A stretch of DNA of 32,000 bases from Trueperaceae bacterium. Its GTDB lineage: Bacteria; Deinococcota; Deinococci; Deinococcales; Trueperaceae. Position numbers and translations under genes: made by a program. Shown in pieces: positions 1-9,720 of the stretch. Location of the stretch: assembly GCA_965215565.1 (NCBI GenBank), contig CBDCDZ010000004.1:3655185-3687184 (forward strand), read 5' to 3'. How positions within the stretch are numbered: position 1 is the stretch's first letter; the number at the start of each line of letters is the position of its first letter. The notes under the pieces were generated by a model that was given only the letters and a program-made list of their open reading frames with translations, was not told where the DNA came from and did not search any database.

Positions 1-786
1 CAGTTTTCACTCGGTGAAGAGGTCTACACGCTTGCGGCAAATGAAGGCGAGCACAGTATGCACGGCGGCGCTCGCGGCTTTGATAAGCGGGTCTGGCAGG
101 CTCAAGTTTTGGACGAGGGGCTCGAGCTTCGCTACACCTCACCGGACGGCGAAAAGGGCTATCCAGGACGGCTCCGGGTGAGCGCACTTTACACTCTGAA
201 AGAGGGCAGGCTGAGGCTCGAGCTGCGCGCCGAAGCGGACCGAGCCACGCCCGTCAACCTCACGCAGCACAGCTACTTCAATCTTGCCGGAGAGGGCTCG
301 GGTGACATTCTGGACCACGAGTTGACGCTGAACAGTCGCTTCTACACGCCGACGGATGAGACCTCTATCCCAACGGGAGAAATTTTAGAGGTTGAGGGAA
401 CGCCCTTTGACTTCTCGGTAGCGAAAAGGATAGGTGCAGACATCGAGCAGCCAGCCGTGCAGCGCATCTCGGGCGGCGGCTACGACACGAACTTCGTCAT
501 CGCGGGCAGGGGCGACTTGCGGTTTGGAGCGCGGCTCCGTGACCCCTCTTCAGGGCGGACGATGGACCTTTACACAACGCAACCGGGGCTGCAAGTCTAC
601 AGCGGCAACTTCCTAGAGGGAAAGTTGAGAGGTAAAAGCGGCGCACTCTACGAGAAGCACGCAGGGGTGGCGCTCGAGCCCCAGCACTACCCCGACGCCG
701 TCAACATCCCGCACTTCCCTAACACTATCTTGCAGCCAGAAGAGGTCTACCGCCAAGTGATCGAATACAAATTTTCAGCTCGGTAA
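1..786 (+). CDS. galM: Aldose 1-epimerase (galactose mutarotase), 5' end outside window
   Basis: Frame is open from base 1 (QFSLGEEVYTLAANEGEHSMHGG...) into the listed ORF; motifs NLTQHSYFNLAG, HALTLNS-like HELTLNSRFYTPTDETSIPTGE, GLQVYSGNFL and ALEPQHYPDAVNIPHFPN are typical of GalM. Confidence 0.93.
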   Translation, partial: QFSLGEEVYTLAANEGEHSMHGGARGFDKRVWQAQVLDEGLELRYTSPDGEKGYPGRLRVSALYTLKEGRLRLELRAEADRATPVNLTQHSYFNLAGEGSGDILDHELTLNSRFYTPTDETSIPTGEILEVEGTPFDFSVAKRIGADIEQPAVQRISGGGYDTNFVIAGRGDLRFGARLRDPSSGRTMDLYTTQPGLQVYSGNFLEGKLRGKSGALYEKHAGVALEPQHYPDAVNIPHFPNTILQPEEVYRQVIEYKFSAR

Positions 787-1049
787 AGGTGGAGTAGAGG
801 CGGAGTGGCTCGAGCTTTATCCGGTTCTCCTACCGCGTCACCGAAATACCTAGCGTCTCCGCGGAAAACTCACAGTCGGGATAGAGACCTCTTAGGTTGT
901 GGGCTGCTCGCGCAACTGACCGCAGGCCCGTGGTGCCCGTGTGAAGTTCGCGATACTGGGCTCGTCACCCCGGCGAACGCCGAGAAAGTGCGGCGCTAAT
1001 GTGGACTTTATCAGGTCACCTCGTGAGGGGGGCGCGTTAGACTGACGGG

Positions 1050-1808
1050 GTGCGATTAGGGCAGATAGGTCACGGTTCAGATGTCGGCAGGGTGAGGTCT
1101 CTCAACGAGGACTATCACCGGGTGTGGCAGTTCCCTTGCGCGGACGGCTTGGCGCTGCTCGCCGTAGCAGACGGCATGGGCGGCGCGGCGGCGGGTGAAG
1201 TCGCGAGCAAGCTGGCGATGGAGGTTATCGACGAGGCGTTCAGCCGCTACGTGGGCGCGCTCCAGCAGGGGCAACCCGTTGTCGGCATCGACAAGCTGAC
1301 CGAAAAGGCGCTGCGCTTAGCCAACCGCCGCGTGTTCGAAGCGGCCACCTCGAATACGGGGCGGCAGGGCATGGGCACGACGCTGACCCTAGTCGCGGTG
1401 AGCAACCATAAGGCGTACTTAGGGCACGTGGGCGACTCGAGGGCGTACCTCATTCGCGGCGAGCAGATTTACCAACTGACCAAAGACCACTCGTGGGTGG
1501 AAGAGCAGCTCGAGCAGGGTCTCTTGAATGAGGAGCAGGCGCAGAACCACGCCTGGCGCAACCTCATCACCCGCGCGCTCGGCACAAGAGCGCAAGTCGT
1601 GCCGGACATCGCGCAGATCGAGGTGCAGCAGGGAGACGTATTTATCATCTCGACAGACGGCCTGCACGGGCTCATCCAACCCGGCGAGATTTTGGATGAG
1701 GTCAGGAGGCGCTCGAGCCGTCAAGCGTCGGTGGAATACCTCATCGACTTGGCTAACGAGCGCGGCGGTCCCGACAACATCACGCTGGTCATCGCGGAGG
1801 TCGGCTGA
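1050..1808 (+). CDS. PP2C-family serine/threonine protein phosphatase (Stp/PrpC type)
   Basis: Motifs GxxRSLNEDY, VADGMGGAAAGEVAS, GMGTTLTLV, GHVGDSRAYLI, QLTKDHSWVEEQ, STDGLHGLI, GGPDNITLV. Confidence 0.95.
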   Translation: MRLGQIGHGSDVGRVRSLNEDYHRVWQFPCADGLALLAVADGMGGAAAGEVASKLAMEVIDEAFSRYVGALQQGQPVVGIDKLTEKALRLANRRVFEAATSNTGRQGMGTTLTLVAVSNHKAYLGHVGDSRAYLIRGEQIYQLTKDHSWVEEQLEQGLLNEEQAQNHAWRNLITRALGTRAQVVPDIAQIEVQQGDVFIISTDGLHGLIQPGEILDEVRRRSSRQASVEYLIDLANERGGPDNITLVIAEVG

Positions 1809-3802
1809 TGCCCTGGTTGCTACTAGGTCTCGCCCTCATCGCAATTATCGCCTTGTTGCGCGCGCCGCGCTGGGTGAGCGCGGCTTTGTTCGGCTTCTCG
1901 CTGCTGCTGAGCGCCGGGCTCATGGTGCTCTCTGGACCGGAGCGGGCGATCGCGCCGATCTTGCTGCACGCTTTCGCCTTAGGGTTGTTCGTGCCGGCGG
2001 GCGCACGCGCGACGCGCATGGCGCGCGTCGCGCCCGCGCAGCGGCGCAGGGAGGCGCGCGAGGCTGAGGACACCTCGTCACCTTTTGATATTTCCGACAT
2101 TCCCGGCTACGACGTGTTGGAAAAGGTCGGCTCGGGCGGCATGGCGAGCGTCTACCGCGCGCGCCGCAAGCGCGACGGGAAGACGGTAGCGCTAAAAATT
2201 CCGATGGAGCAGTACGTCGCCGACGCGAAGTTCATCCGCCGCTTCCACCGCGAGGCGGAGGTGGCGCAGCGCTTAGACCACGTCAACATCGTGCGCACTT
2301 TTGAGCACGGCAGCGTCGGCGCGAAGCACTTCATGGCGATGGAGTTCGTGGACGGGCGCTCGTTAGAGAGCTACGTCGAGGGGCGAGAGCTGAGCCTCGA
2401 GTCGAGCGTCCAGATCATGCGCCGCGTGGCGGACGCGCTGCAACACATCCATATGGCGGGCATCATTCACCGCGACATCAAACCTGCCAACATCATGATT
2501 ATTAGAGGGGGCGTCGACGAGGGCGACGAGTGGGACGACCCTTACGTCGCGCCCGACGCCGTGAAGCTCATGGACTTCGGCATCGCGGGCGGCAAAATCT
2601 TGTCGCGTCTCACCATGACGGGCGCGCGCATCGGCACGCCTATCTACATGTCGCCCGAGCAAGCTAGAGGGCTTAAAATCGACCACCGCAGCGACATCTA
2701 CAGCTTAGGGCTCGTCTTTTACGAGATGCTCACGGGCGAAACAGCTTTTAAGGGCGGCTACGAGGTCATCGTGCACCAGCAGATTTTCCAGATGCCGCCG
2801 CCACCTAGACAGCTCAATATTGCGATTCCGCAAGCGCTGGACGCGCTCGTGATGCGCATGGTGGCCAAAGACCCCGACGAGCGCCCGGAATTAGAGGAGA
2901 TCGCGGCGCTTTTGGAGGGCAACTTAGAGGTGCCTCTCGCAGGCGTCGCAGCGTCGAGCGACCGCCTCATCTTGGCGGCGAGCGCGCGCCAAGGGGTGCT
3001 GCGTGTCCTCGATACGAACGGCAACTTGTGCGCGTCTTTCGGTGAAGTGGGCGCAGGTGAGGACGACTTCTCCGCTGCGCCGCAGTCCGTCGCGGTGGAC
3101 CGCAGCGGTAACTTCTACGTGGCGATTTTCGAATACCGCGTGGGTCAGGCGAGTTGTCCGATGATCCACAAGCTGAGCCCTTCAGGGGCGCGTCTCCTCT
3201 CCTTTGGGCATTACGGCATGAAACCCGGAGAACTGCTCTACCCGACCGCCGTTTCAGTCGGACCCGACGATACGGTCTACGTACTCGACGCGGAGACCTG
3301 CACCGTGCAGCGTTTCGACGTGGACGGAGACCACCTGGGTAGCTTCGGCGGACGCGGCGAGGGACACGGGCGCTTCAACGATCCTAAAACTCTGATTGCC
3401 GATGAGCGTGGCGTCTACGTACTCGACTATGGCAACCGCCAGATTCAGCGCTTCGACGCCGGGGGTCATTACGAGACCCGCTGGGCGTTCAAGATGGACG
3501 AGGGGATGCGCACGCTGAGCGGTCTCGCGCCGGACGAAGCGGGCAACCTCTACATCGCGGAGCGCTCGAGCGGCAAGGTGCGCAAAGTCACCCCGGCGGG
3601 CGATATCGCGGCGTCTTTTACCGTTCAACCTCTGCAAGCTGACAGCGACGCGCTCTTAGACCTCGCGGTAGACAGCGCGGGCAACCTCTACGCAGCGCAG
3701 CGCGGCGAGCAGCTCATCTATATCTACGACGCCGAGGGCAATCTCACCGACACAGCTGAGGTCTACGCGCCCATCAGTCAGATGATTTTGGCAAGAGGGT
3801 AA
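1808..3802 (+). CDS. Ser/Thr protein kinase with N-terminal transmembrane segments and C-terminal NHL-repeat beta-propeller
   Basis: Hydrophobic N-terminus; kinase motifs GSGGMASVYRA, VALKI, IIHRDIKPANI, DFGIAGG, GTPIYMSPEQ; C-terminal repeats such as SVAVDRSGNFYVA, VSVGPDDTVYVLDAE and LAVDSAGNLYAAQRG. Confidence 0.93.
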   Translation: MPWLLLGLALIAIIALLRAPRWVSAALFGFSLLLSAGLMVLSGPERAIAPILLHAFALGLFVPAGARATRMARVAPAQRRREAREAEDTSSPFDISDIPGYDVLEKVGSGGMASVYRARRKRDGKTVALKIPMEQYVADAKFIRRFHREAEVAQRLDHVNIVRTFEHGSVGAKHFMAMEFVDGRSLESYVEGRELSLESSVQIMRRVADALQHIHMAGIIHRDIKPANIMIIRGGVDEGDEWDDPYVAPDAVKLMDFGIAGGKILSRLTMTGARIGTPIYMSPEQARGLKIDHRSDIYSLGLVFYEMLTGETAFKGGYEVIVHQQIFQMPPPPRQLNIAIPQALDALVMRMVAKDPDERPELEEIAALLEGNLEVPLAGVAASSDRLILAASARQGVLRVLDTNGNLCASFGEVGAGEDDFSAAPQSVAVDRSGNFYVAIFEYRVGQASCPMIHKLSPSGARLLSFGHYGMKPGELLYPTAVSVGPDDTVYVLDAETCTVQRFDVDGDHLGSFGGRGEGHGRFNDPKTLIADERGVYVLDYGNRQIQRFDAGGHYETRWAFKMDEGMRTLSGLAPDEAGNLYIAERSSGKVRKVTPAGDIAASFTVQPLQADSDALLDLAVDSAGNLYAAQRGEQLIYIYDAEGNLTDTAEVYAPISQMILARG

Positions 3803-3859
3803 TTGAGGTCAAGGTTCTGCCGTTACATCTTTGAAACTACGTGCGTTGTCGTTAAGCTA

Positions 3860-4800
3860 GCACTTCCAAAACATATTGAGACAGAGTGCCGCAGGTATCA
3901 CCTCACAATGTGCGTGCTAAGTACTTCGACTTCAATAATCTAAACTATCTCGAGGAAGTTTTTGCGCTCAGAACGAACTTCGTTGACATTCTCTAGTTTA
4001 GGTTATTTCGACACATCTACTTAAACAGTGTTTTCTACAGTGAGGGTGTCTCAGACCAGATGATACCTGCTAAGCTTATCAGCCCCGGCTGAAGGCTCCT
4101 TTGCGCGCAGAAAATAGCAGGTATCATCTGGTCAGCTACACTCTTACTTATAAGAACATTGTTTAGCACGCACTCTGAGGGATGATATCTGCGGAGAAGT
4201 GTAGCAATGAAACGTGGAAATGCTAAAAGATACGGATTCCGATGAGCTTCACGAAGTACCCCTGAAAGGGACGGAATCAACTCCGACTCCGTAGAAGCGC
4301 GAAGCGTCTGCTGGTTACGAAGTTTCCCTCCGGGAAAGCAAAATTTCATAACGGAGTGTATGCAGTAATCAATCGGAATCCATATGAGAAGAGACATTCT
4401 GCCTTCTGTATTCTGCCTTTACTTAGCACTTCCAAAACATACTGAGACAAAGGGGCGCAGATCTCTGTCCGCAAGGACTAGCGGGATTTCATCTCATAAT
4501 GTGCGTGTTGATTACGGAGTTTTCGCAAGGCGAAACAGTGTTTTTTATAGTGAGAGTGTTGCTTCGCAAAACTTACGTATACTCAAACCAGATGATACCT
4601 GCTAACTCTATTCAGCCGGCTGCTTTAGGTCTTTCGCCAAGTCTCACGTCGCGAAGCGTGAGCTAGCAAACAGTGCGTTAGATAAAGCAGTTCACAGAAG
4701 TACTGAATTGGAATAGCGCAAACATCATTTAAGAATGTGTGTGCTCGTCGGTGTTCTCCAACGTGAGACTGGCTCAAACCAAATGATACTTGCTATAGTA
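3860..4800. repeat. Non-coding tract with several diverged direct and inverted copies of short repeats (degenerate mobile element or MITE-like)
   Basis: 'agcacttccaaaacatattgagaca' (~3860) recurs as 'agcacttccaaaacatactgagaca' (~4425); 'accagatgatacctgct' recurs near 4055 and 4588, inverted near 4116, and diverged near 4778. Confidence 0.7.
4054..4133. repeat. 18-bp perfect inverted repeat (gaccagatgatacctgct / agcaggtatcatctggtc) separated by 44 nt
   Basis: Arms at 4054-4071 and 4116-4133 are exact reverse complements. Confidence 0.9.
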
Positions 4801-4808
4801 TCTGAACG

Positions 4809-5585
4809 TCAGGCGGCGATAGGTAGCGCCCGGGTGAGTGCGCCGAGCATCTCTTCAGCGCTGCCGTAGCGCTCGCAAGGGTTGTGTAAGAGCGCCTTTT
4901 TGATGATAGGTGCTAGAGGCGCAGCCTCGTTTGGCAACGCGCCGAGATGCACAGTTGGGTCGCCCATGAGAAAGCGAAACACGTCTTTGCCGTAGGGGGG
5001 ACCGCCCGTCACCATGTGGTAGAGCACCGCGCCTACCGCGTAGAGGTCACTTCTTGGATCGCGCCGCTCGCCCGCGAACTGCTCGGGCGGCATGTAGTTG
5101 GGCGTCCCCAAAGACACGCCCTGCTGGGTGATCGCCGCGAGCGCTAAGTCTTTGGCGAAGCCGAAGTCTGTCAGGAGTGCCTTCTCGCCGTTGATGAGGA
5201 TATTCGACGGCTTGACGTCGCAGTGAATAACGTCACTCTTGTGGGCGTAGGCGAGCGCTTGGAGCACGTCCGTAGCAATCTTGATGCTCCGCTCTAAACT
5301 GAGCGTGCCTTGATTCAGCGCTTTCTCGAGCGACACGCCGGGGCAGTACGCAAAGATGAGGCTCATATCTTGCACAGCTAGGAGGGGCACGATGTTGTCG
5401 TGCTCCAAAAAGGTGACCACCGCAGCTTCGCGCCCTAATCGGTTGGCGAGCGAGGGCGAACCCCCTCTAAGCTCTTTAACCACCACGAGTTTATCGTGCC
5501 AGCGGGCTAACTCGACCCTCATAGGTCCGTGGTCCGAAAGTACGCGAATGGGAGTAAACATTGCCATAAGGTTATCATGTTTCAC
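4809..5585 (-). CDS. Small soluble Ser/Thr protein kinase-like protein
   Basis: Motifs VVVKEL (VAIK Lys), VIHCDVKPSNILI, LLTDFGFAKD, SLGTPNYMPPEQ, DLYAVGAVLYHMVTG. Confidence 0.9.
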   Translation of the reverse strand: MKHDNLMAMFTPIRVLSDHGPMRVELARWHDKLVVVKELRGGSPSLANRLGREAAVVTFLEHDNIVPLLAVQDMSLIFAYCPGVSLEKALNQGTLSLERSIKIATDVLQALAYAHKSDVIHCDVKPSNILINGEKALLTDFGFAKDLALAAITQQGVSLGTPNYMPPEQFAGERRDPRSDLYAVGAVLYHMVTGGPPYGKDVFRFLMGDPTVHLGALPNEAAPLAPIIKKALLHNPCERYGSAEEMLGALTRALPIAA

Positions 5586-5588
5586 ATC

Positions 5589-6278
5589 TTAATAATCTTC
5601 ATGGACAACGTGATTTTTCTTACTTTGAGTCTCAAGTGCGAGCTTCACCGCGCCCCCAACATGAGTTTGTAAGACGCGAACGCCGTGAGCCTGGAGCCGC
5701 TCCAAAACGCCCGTGTGTGGGTGCCCGTATCCATTTCTGCCGTAAGAAAGAACCGCCTGCTCGGGCTGCGCGGCCCTCAGGAGCGCGTCGGACGTTGAAT
5801 GTTTCGAGCCGTGATGCGCCACCATTAAGATATCGACGTCGGGCACGAACAGCTCCCTTTCGACGGGGCTCGAGAGGTCCCCCAAAAAGAGCGCCTTAGT
5901 GCCTTTTACGTCCAGCACAAAGGCCACCGAGTTGTCGTTGTCGCTCTCGTAAGGGACGGGCGGCGGGTTGAGAATCTCGAGGTCAGCCTCGCCTACGCTC
6001 AGCCTTTCGCCGCGCGTCACCTGCATCACCTTGACGCCCTTGCGCGCCGCAACCTCTAGGAGCGCGTCGAACACGGGTTTACCCGGTGCGGGTGCGCCGA
6101 TGAGGAGCGTTTGCACGGGCATGCCCTCTAATACACTGACGAGCCCTTCGATATGATCGGTGTCAGGGTGCGAGGCGACGACGAGTTCTAGTTCGTCCAC
6201 CCCTTGCGCTCGCAGCGCAGGCAGCACCGTGCCCTTCCCCACGTCGAAATCGCTGAAGGGCGTCCCGCCCCCGTCCAC
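5589..6278 (-). pseudogene. ComEC C-terminal-like metallo-beta-lactamase-fold hydrolase, probably 5'-truncated
   Basis: Motifs VVASHPDTDHIEGL, LFLGDLSSPVE, ILMVAHHGSKHSTSDALL. Reading upstream gives *-Q-R-I-E-I-L-V-D-G-G-G, so the usual first strand (HFxDVGQGDAxLI) is missing and is replaced by the repeat array at 6295-6361. Confidence 0.75.
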
Positions 6279-6294
6279 TAAAATTTCGATGCGC

Positions 6295-6361
6295 TGTCAG
6301 ATACAATAATCTATGCGACTAAACAATAATCCTTGCGACTCTCACAATAATCTCTGCGACT
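6295..6361. mobile_element. Probable end of a DDE-type (Tn7/Tn5053/CAST-like) transposon: TGTCAG terminus followed by three direct repeats CAATAATCNNTGCGACT
   Basis: Repeats at 6304-6320 (caataatctatgcgact), 6324-6340 (caataatccttgcgact), 6345-6361 (caataatctctgcgact), spaced 20-21 bp, as expected for transposase binding sites; terminal TGTCAG at 6295. Confidence 0.55.
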
Positions 6362-6378
6362 GACGTATACTCACCTGA

Positions 6379-8161
6379 GTGAGTGTCGTACCGCCTATCG
6401 ACAAATTTGTTTTGGGGGACCAATTATACTTCCTCGACTGGATAGGCGGTGTGACGCACAATCCAGGAAAGTCCAGCGAGCCCCTCATGCAGGTATTCAC
6501 GAGCCCGGTCATAACGAACAGCGGCGGCATGTCTTACGGAAAGCAGTTCGCTATGAACGTCGGCGTCGGTTTACTCCCTTACATGAAGATCGGCTCCCTC
6601 TGGTATGAAGGCAACCGTATCGGCCTGTTTCCTCTCCGCAAAGTCACCTTTAAGTTAAGAATCGCATCCGACAACCCCATCGTCTCGACGCTTCAGGAAG
6701 CTCTGGGAGATGAGCCCGGTGCGAGTAGGGGCGGGCGTACAGTACTCGGCACCGCTTTGTTCGACACGATAAGTCGAACGAACTGCTTGGTTTACCGTTA
6801 TGACACGACGCGCAGAAAGAAGAGCATACTCAGTAGCATCATCTTCCCGGTCATGGAAATTGTCAGGTTCTACTACGCGACCGGGACGAGGCTTAGCAAC
6901 GCCCTCTTCACGGGCGAGGTGCAAGGGGAGGACTTGTCGCGACTGTGCAGTGAGGGTTCGGGTCTCTATGACGACGTCGCCATCGTCAAGCTGAAGTCCG
7001 AATACGCCGACAGCTCTGCTTACATCATCGGCAGATGGCTGGGGTCGCCTCACGCCAGGGCGCAAGCGATTAAAATCTACCAGACTGTCCGCAAGGGAAC
7101 CATCAACCGGCGGGCCGACCCTTCGAGCGATCTGCACGTGTCGCCGGAAGTCACCTTTCCCTTCCTCGGACCCACCGATCTGAGTGTCCAAGGCACTTAC
7201 CTTACCCGAGAGAACGGCGAGCGACATTTCCTGGTCAGTCGTCTCCTACGCTGCACTGCACCTTTTCCCTACGAGGCGGTCACAGTCGAGCGTCCCCTCG
7301 GCAAGATCGAAGAGACGTTAGAAGGAGAAGAGGGTAATCCCATCTACAGGCGACCCTTTACTCGGAAGCGCAAACCTAAAGGCAGAATCAAACATCACAA
7401 CGAACCGAACCTCGGACTCCGAACCCTGAGCATCGACCTTTACGAAGAGAACTTCCCCGACTTAGAGAACAAACCCCTCCACAAGACCTACGGGGAAGCC
7501 TATATCCACCGCACCAAGAAGCGGAAAGAGGGCGAGGAAGGGGACGATTTCTCGAGCGGCTCCGGCGTCCACGGCGGCTCGGGTCCTAGAGGTATCAGGC
7601 TCAACACCGATCCTGCGGACGAGCCTCCTAAAGCGCAGAAAAAGCGTGCCACGCCGGTGCAGTTGGCGTTCACTAAAGACGCGCTGGACACGCTCAGGGA
7701 CGCATATAAAGTTCCCTATACGCTCCTCGATGCCGACGGTCAGGAACTATCAGAGGGGGAAGGATTCGCACTTCTCCCTAGCGAACTTCGGCTGCTGAAC
7801 GACTGGGCGGAGTACGAGGTGGGTGAGGAACAACACGCGCCACGTCCTCATCGCCGAACTCGAGCACGAATCTGGGCTTTTCACCATCTTCGAGGTCGAG
7901 CGGCGACTGAGCGGCGAGAGCGGTCGCTACCGGATGCTCATCGCCCATCTGATCACGATGGGAAGTTTGCGGTGGAATGTCAAAGCGATGCTCCAGGTCT
8001 TTGCAGAGGAGCAAAGGGTGTTCCTACCCGAAAAGAAAGCGTTGCAGGCGCTCAAGCCCAAATATTTCAATCATAAGATCGGAGAGACTGCGCCGGAATT
8101 TGCCAAGAGAGTATTCGACTACATGGAGGCACTAGCGAAGCGATCCCGTAAAGAAGGGTGA
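6379..8161 (+). pseudogene. Large uncharacterised protein split by a frameshift (565-aa ORF 6379..8076 continuing in another frame at 7823..8161)
   Basis: Frame +1 is good coding until ~7820 (NDWAEYEVG), then becomes R/H-rich low-quality sequence. The overlapping frame gives a plausible continuation, RNNTRHVLIAELEHESGLFTIFEVERRLSGESGRYRML... Confidence 0.65.
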
Positions 8162-8219
8162 TTCCCTCATCTTTAGGCGTGTTAAACTCCCCCGAACTAA
8201 ATCAAGGGGGATAATTTTC

Positions 8220-8501
8220 ATGGCAAACATCTCGAAAGCCGACCTCGTAGACACGCTCGCCGGGGAAACCGAACTCAACAAGAGCCAGGCGAAAGACGCT
8301 TTGGAAGCGGTTCTGAGCACCATCACATCGCACCTCGAGAAAGAGGACAAGGTCACTTTAACCGGCTTCGGCACCTTTGAGGTGAGAGAGCGCAACGCCA
8401 GAGAAGGGGTCAAGCCGGGTACGAGCGAGAAGATTCAGATACCCGCGACTAAATACCCGGCGTTCAAAGCAGGAAAGAACCTCAAGGATCGCGTGAAGTA
8501 G
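8220..8501 (+). CDS. HU family DNA-binding protein
   Basis: MANISKADLVDTLAGETELNKSQAKDALEAVLSTITSHLEKEDKVTLTGFGTFEVRERNAREGVKPGTSEKIQIPATKYPAFKAGKNLKD is classic HU/IHF sequence. Confidence 0.97.
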   Translation: MANISKADLVDTLAGETELNKSQAKDALEAVLSTITSHLEKEDKVTLTGFGTFEVRERNAREGVKPGTSEKIQIPATKYPAFKAGKNLKDRVK

Positions 8502-8534
8502 GCATTTATCTCGTTCAGCGCTTAAACTGTAAAG

Positions 8535-8801
8535 GTGACCAAGCCTTCCCTCTTCGACCCTGCCGTGCTCGATCAGTTGGAAGGCTTGAACGAGCGCTAC
8601 GCCAAGCTGAGCGCTCGCATTGAAGAGCTGGAGGCCAGGATCGACGCGGGCGTAGCGTTCGACCTGCCGCCCGACACCGCGCAACTCGGCAGCTTGGTAG
8701 ACACGCGACGTAGAGTCGAAGTTACGAAGTTTTCCGAAGGAAAGGAGGCTGTAGCGTTGCTCGAGACGCTCCTCAACGAGTTGAGAGAAGCAGCCCCTTA
8801 G
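8535..8801 (+). CDS. Small coiled-coil hypothetical protein
   Basis: ORF between two well-supported same-strand genes; helical Glu/Leu-rich composition. Confidence 0.5.
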   Translation: MTKPSLFDPAVLDQLEGLNERYAKLSARIEELEARIDAGVAFDLPPDTAQLGSLVDTRRRVEVTKFSEGKEAVALLETLLNELREAAP

Positions 8802-8860
8802 TTCTGCTGCCACCTTCCCCAATCGCATCCTATCTAATCGTCTAGTTTAGGGAGGTTCTC

Positions 8861-9547
8861 ATGGCACTTCAAGTCATCGGCGCAGGCACAGGACGCACCG
8901 GCACTATGTCGCTCAAGCTCGCCCTAGAACAACTCGGCTACGGCAGGTGCTATCACATGGTCGAGCTGCTCCAACATCCCGAGGACGTGGTCCACTGGGA
9001 GCGGGCGAATAGGGGCGAGCCGGTGGACTGGGACACGCTCTTCGCAGGCTACCGTGCTACCGTGGATTACCCCGGCTACCTCCACTACAAGACGCTCATG
9101 CAGCGCTACCCTAATGCCAAAGTCATCCTTACCGTGCGCGACCCCGACGCCTGGTATGAAAGTGCTCTCGCGACGATCTACCGTGCCGAGCCCGGTTTGG
9201 CGCAAAAGCTCAAAATGGGCTTAGCCCTCCCTTTCTCCCCGAAGCTCCGCAAGCTCCTGCGCGTGTTCCAGCTCTCGGGCGAGGTTTGGGAGCGGGAGTT
9301 CGAGGGCAGGTTCGAGGACAAGGACTTCGCGGTAGCGAGGTTCGAGCGGCACAACGAAGAGGTCAAGCGCACTGTGCCCGCCGACAAACTTCTCATCTAT
9401 GAGGTCAAGCAGGGGTGGGGACCTCTTTGCGAGTTCCTGGAGGTATCCGTAGCCGACACGCCCTTTCCCCGCTCTAACGACCGACAGGCGTTTCAGGCGC
9501 AGCAGAGGCGGGGATTGCGAGCCTTACTCAGGAATGACATCGCTTAG
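8861..9547 (+). CDS. Sulfotransferase family protein
   Basis: N-terminal VIGAGTGRTGTMSLKLALEQLG (PAPS 5'-phosphosulfate-binding-like loop) and KVILTVRDPDAWYESA (3'-phosphate-binding-like). Confidence 0.87.
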   Translation: MALQVIGAGTGRTGTMSLKLALEQLGYGRCYHMVELLQHPEDVVHWERANRGEPVDWDTLFAGYRATVDYPGYLHYKTLMQRYPNAKVILTVRDPDAWYESALATIYRAEPGLAQKLKMGLALPFSPKLRKLLRVFQLSGEVWEREFEGRFEDKDFAVARFERHNEEVKRTVPADKLLIYEVKQGWGPLCEFLEVSVADTPFPRSNDRQAFQAQQRRGLRALLRNDIA

Positions 9548-9579
9548 CGGAGAGGTTGCTCAAAACCGTTCTTCACATG

Positions 9580-9616
9580 AAAGAACACCCGCTACTCGGT
9601 GTAGCGGGTGTTCTTT
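9580..9616 (+). terminator. Perfect hairpin (16-bp stem, 5-nt loop) after the sulfotransferase gene
   Basis: aaagaacacccgctac - tcggt - gtagcgggtgttcttt. Confidence 0.8.
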
Positions 9617-9720
9617 CGGTTCGAGTCGACATGTGGTGTCATTGTTGCGAGAAGCAACTGTAGAGCGTTGTTCCAACCTCTCATGCTACGGTCGCTGCTA
9701 GTCGATGCCTTCTGGCATTT

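Noticed and set aside
1077-3637. Antisense/alternate-frame ORFs such as 1419..1724, 1528..2067, 2363..2686, 3254..3637
   Set aside because: Shadow ORFs of high-GC coding sequence opposite the PP2C and kinase genes; Arg/His/Pro-rich composition, no motifs.
4035-4605. ORFs 4035..4397 (-) and 4384..4605 (+) as genes
   Set aside because: They lie in the repeat-rich tract, encode low-plausibility sequences and overlap repeat blocks shared on both strands.
6304-6361. Three regularly spaced repeats considered as a mini-CRISPR
   Set aside because: Repeats are only 17 bp with 3-4 bp spacers, no unique spacer-length sequences and no cas genes; fits transposase binding sites better.
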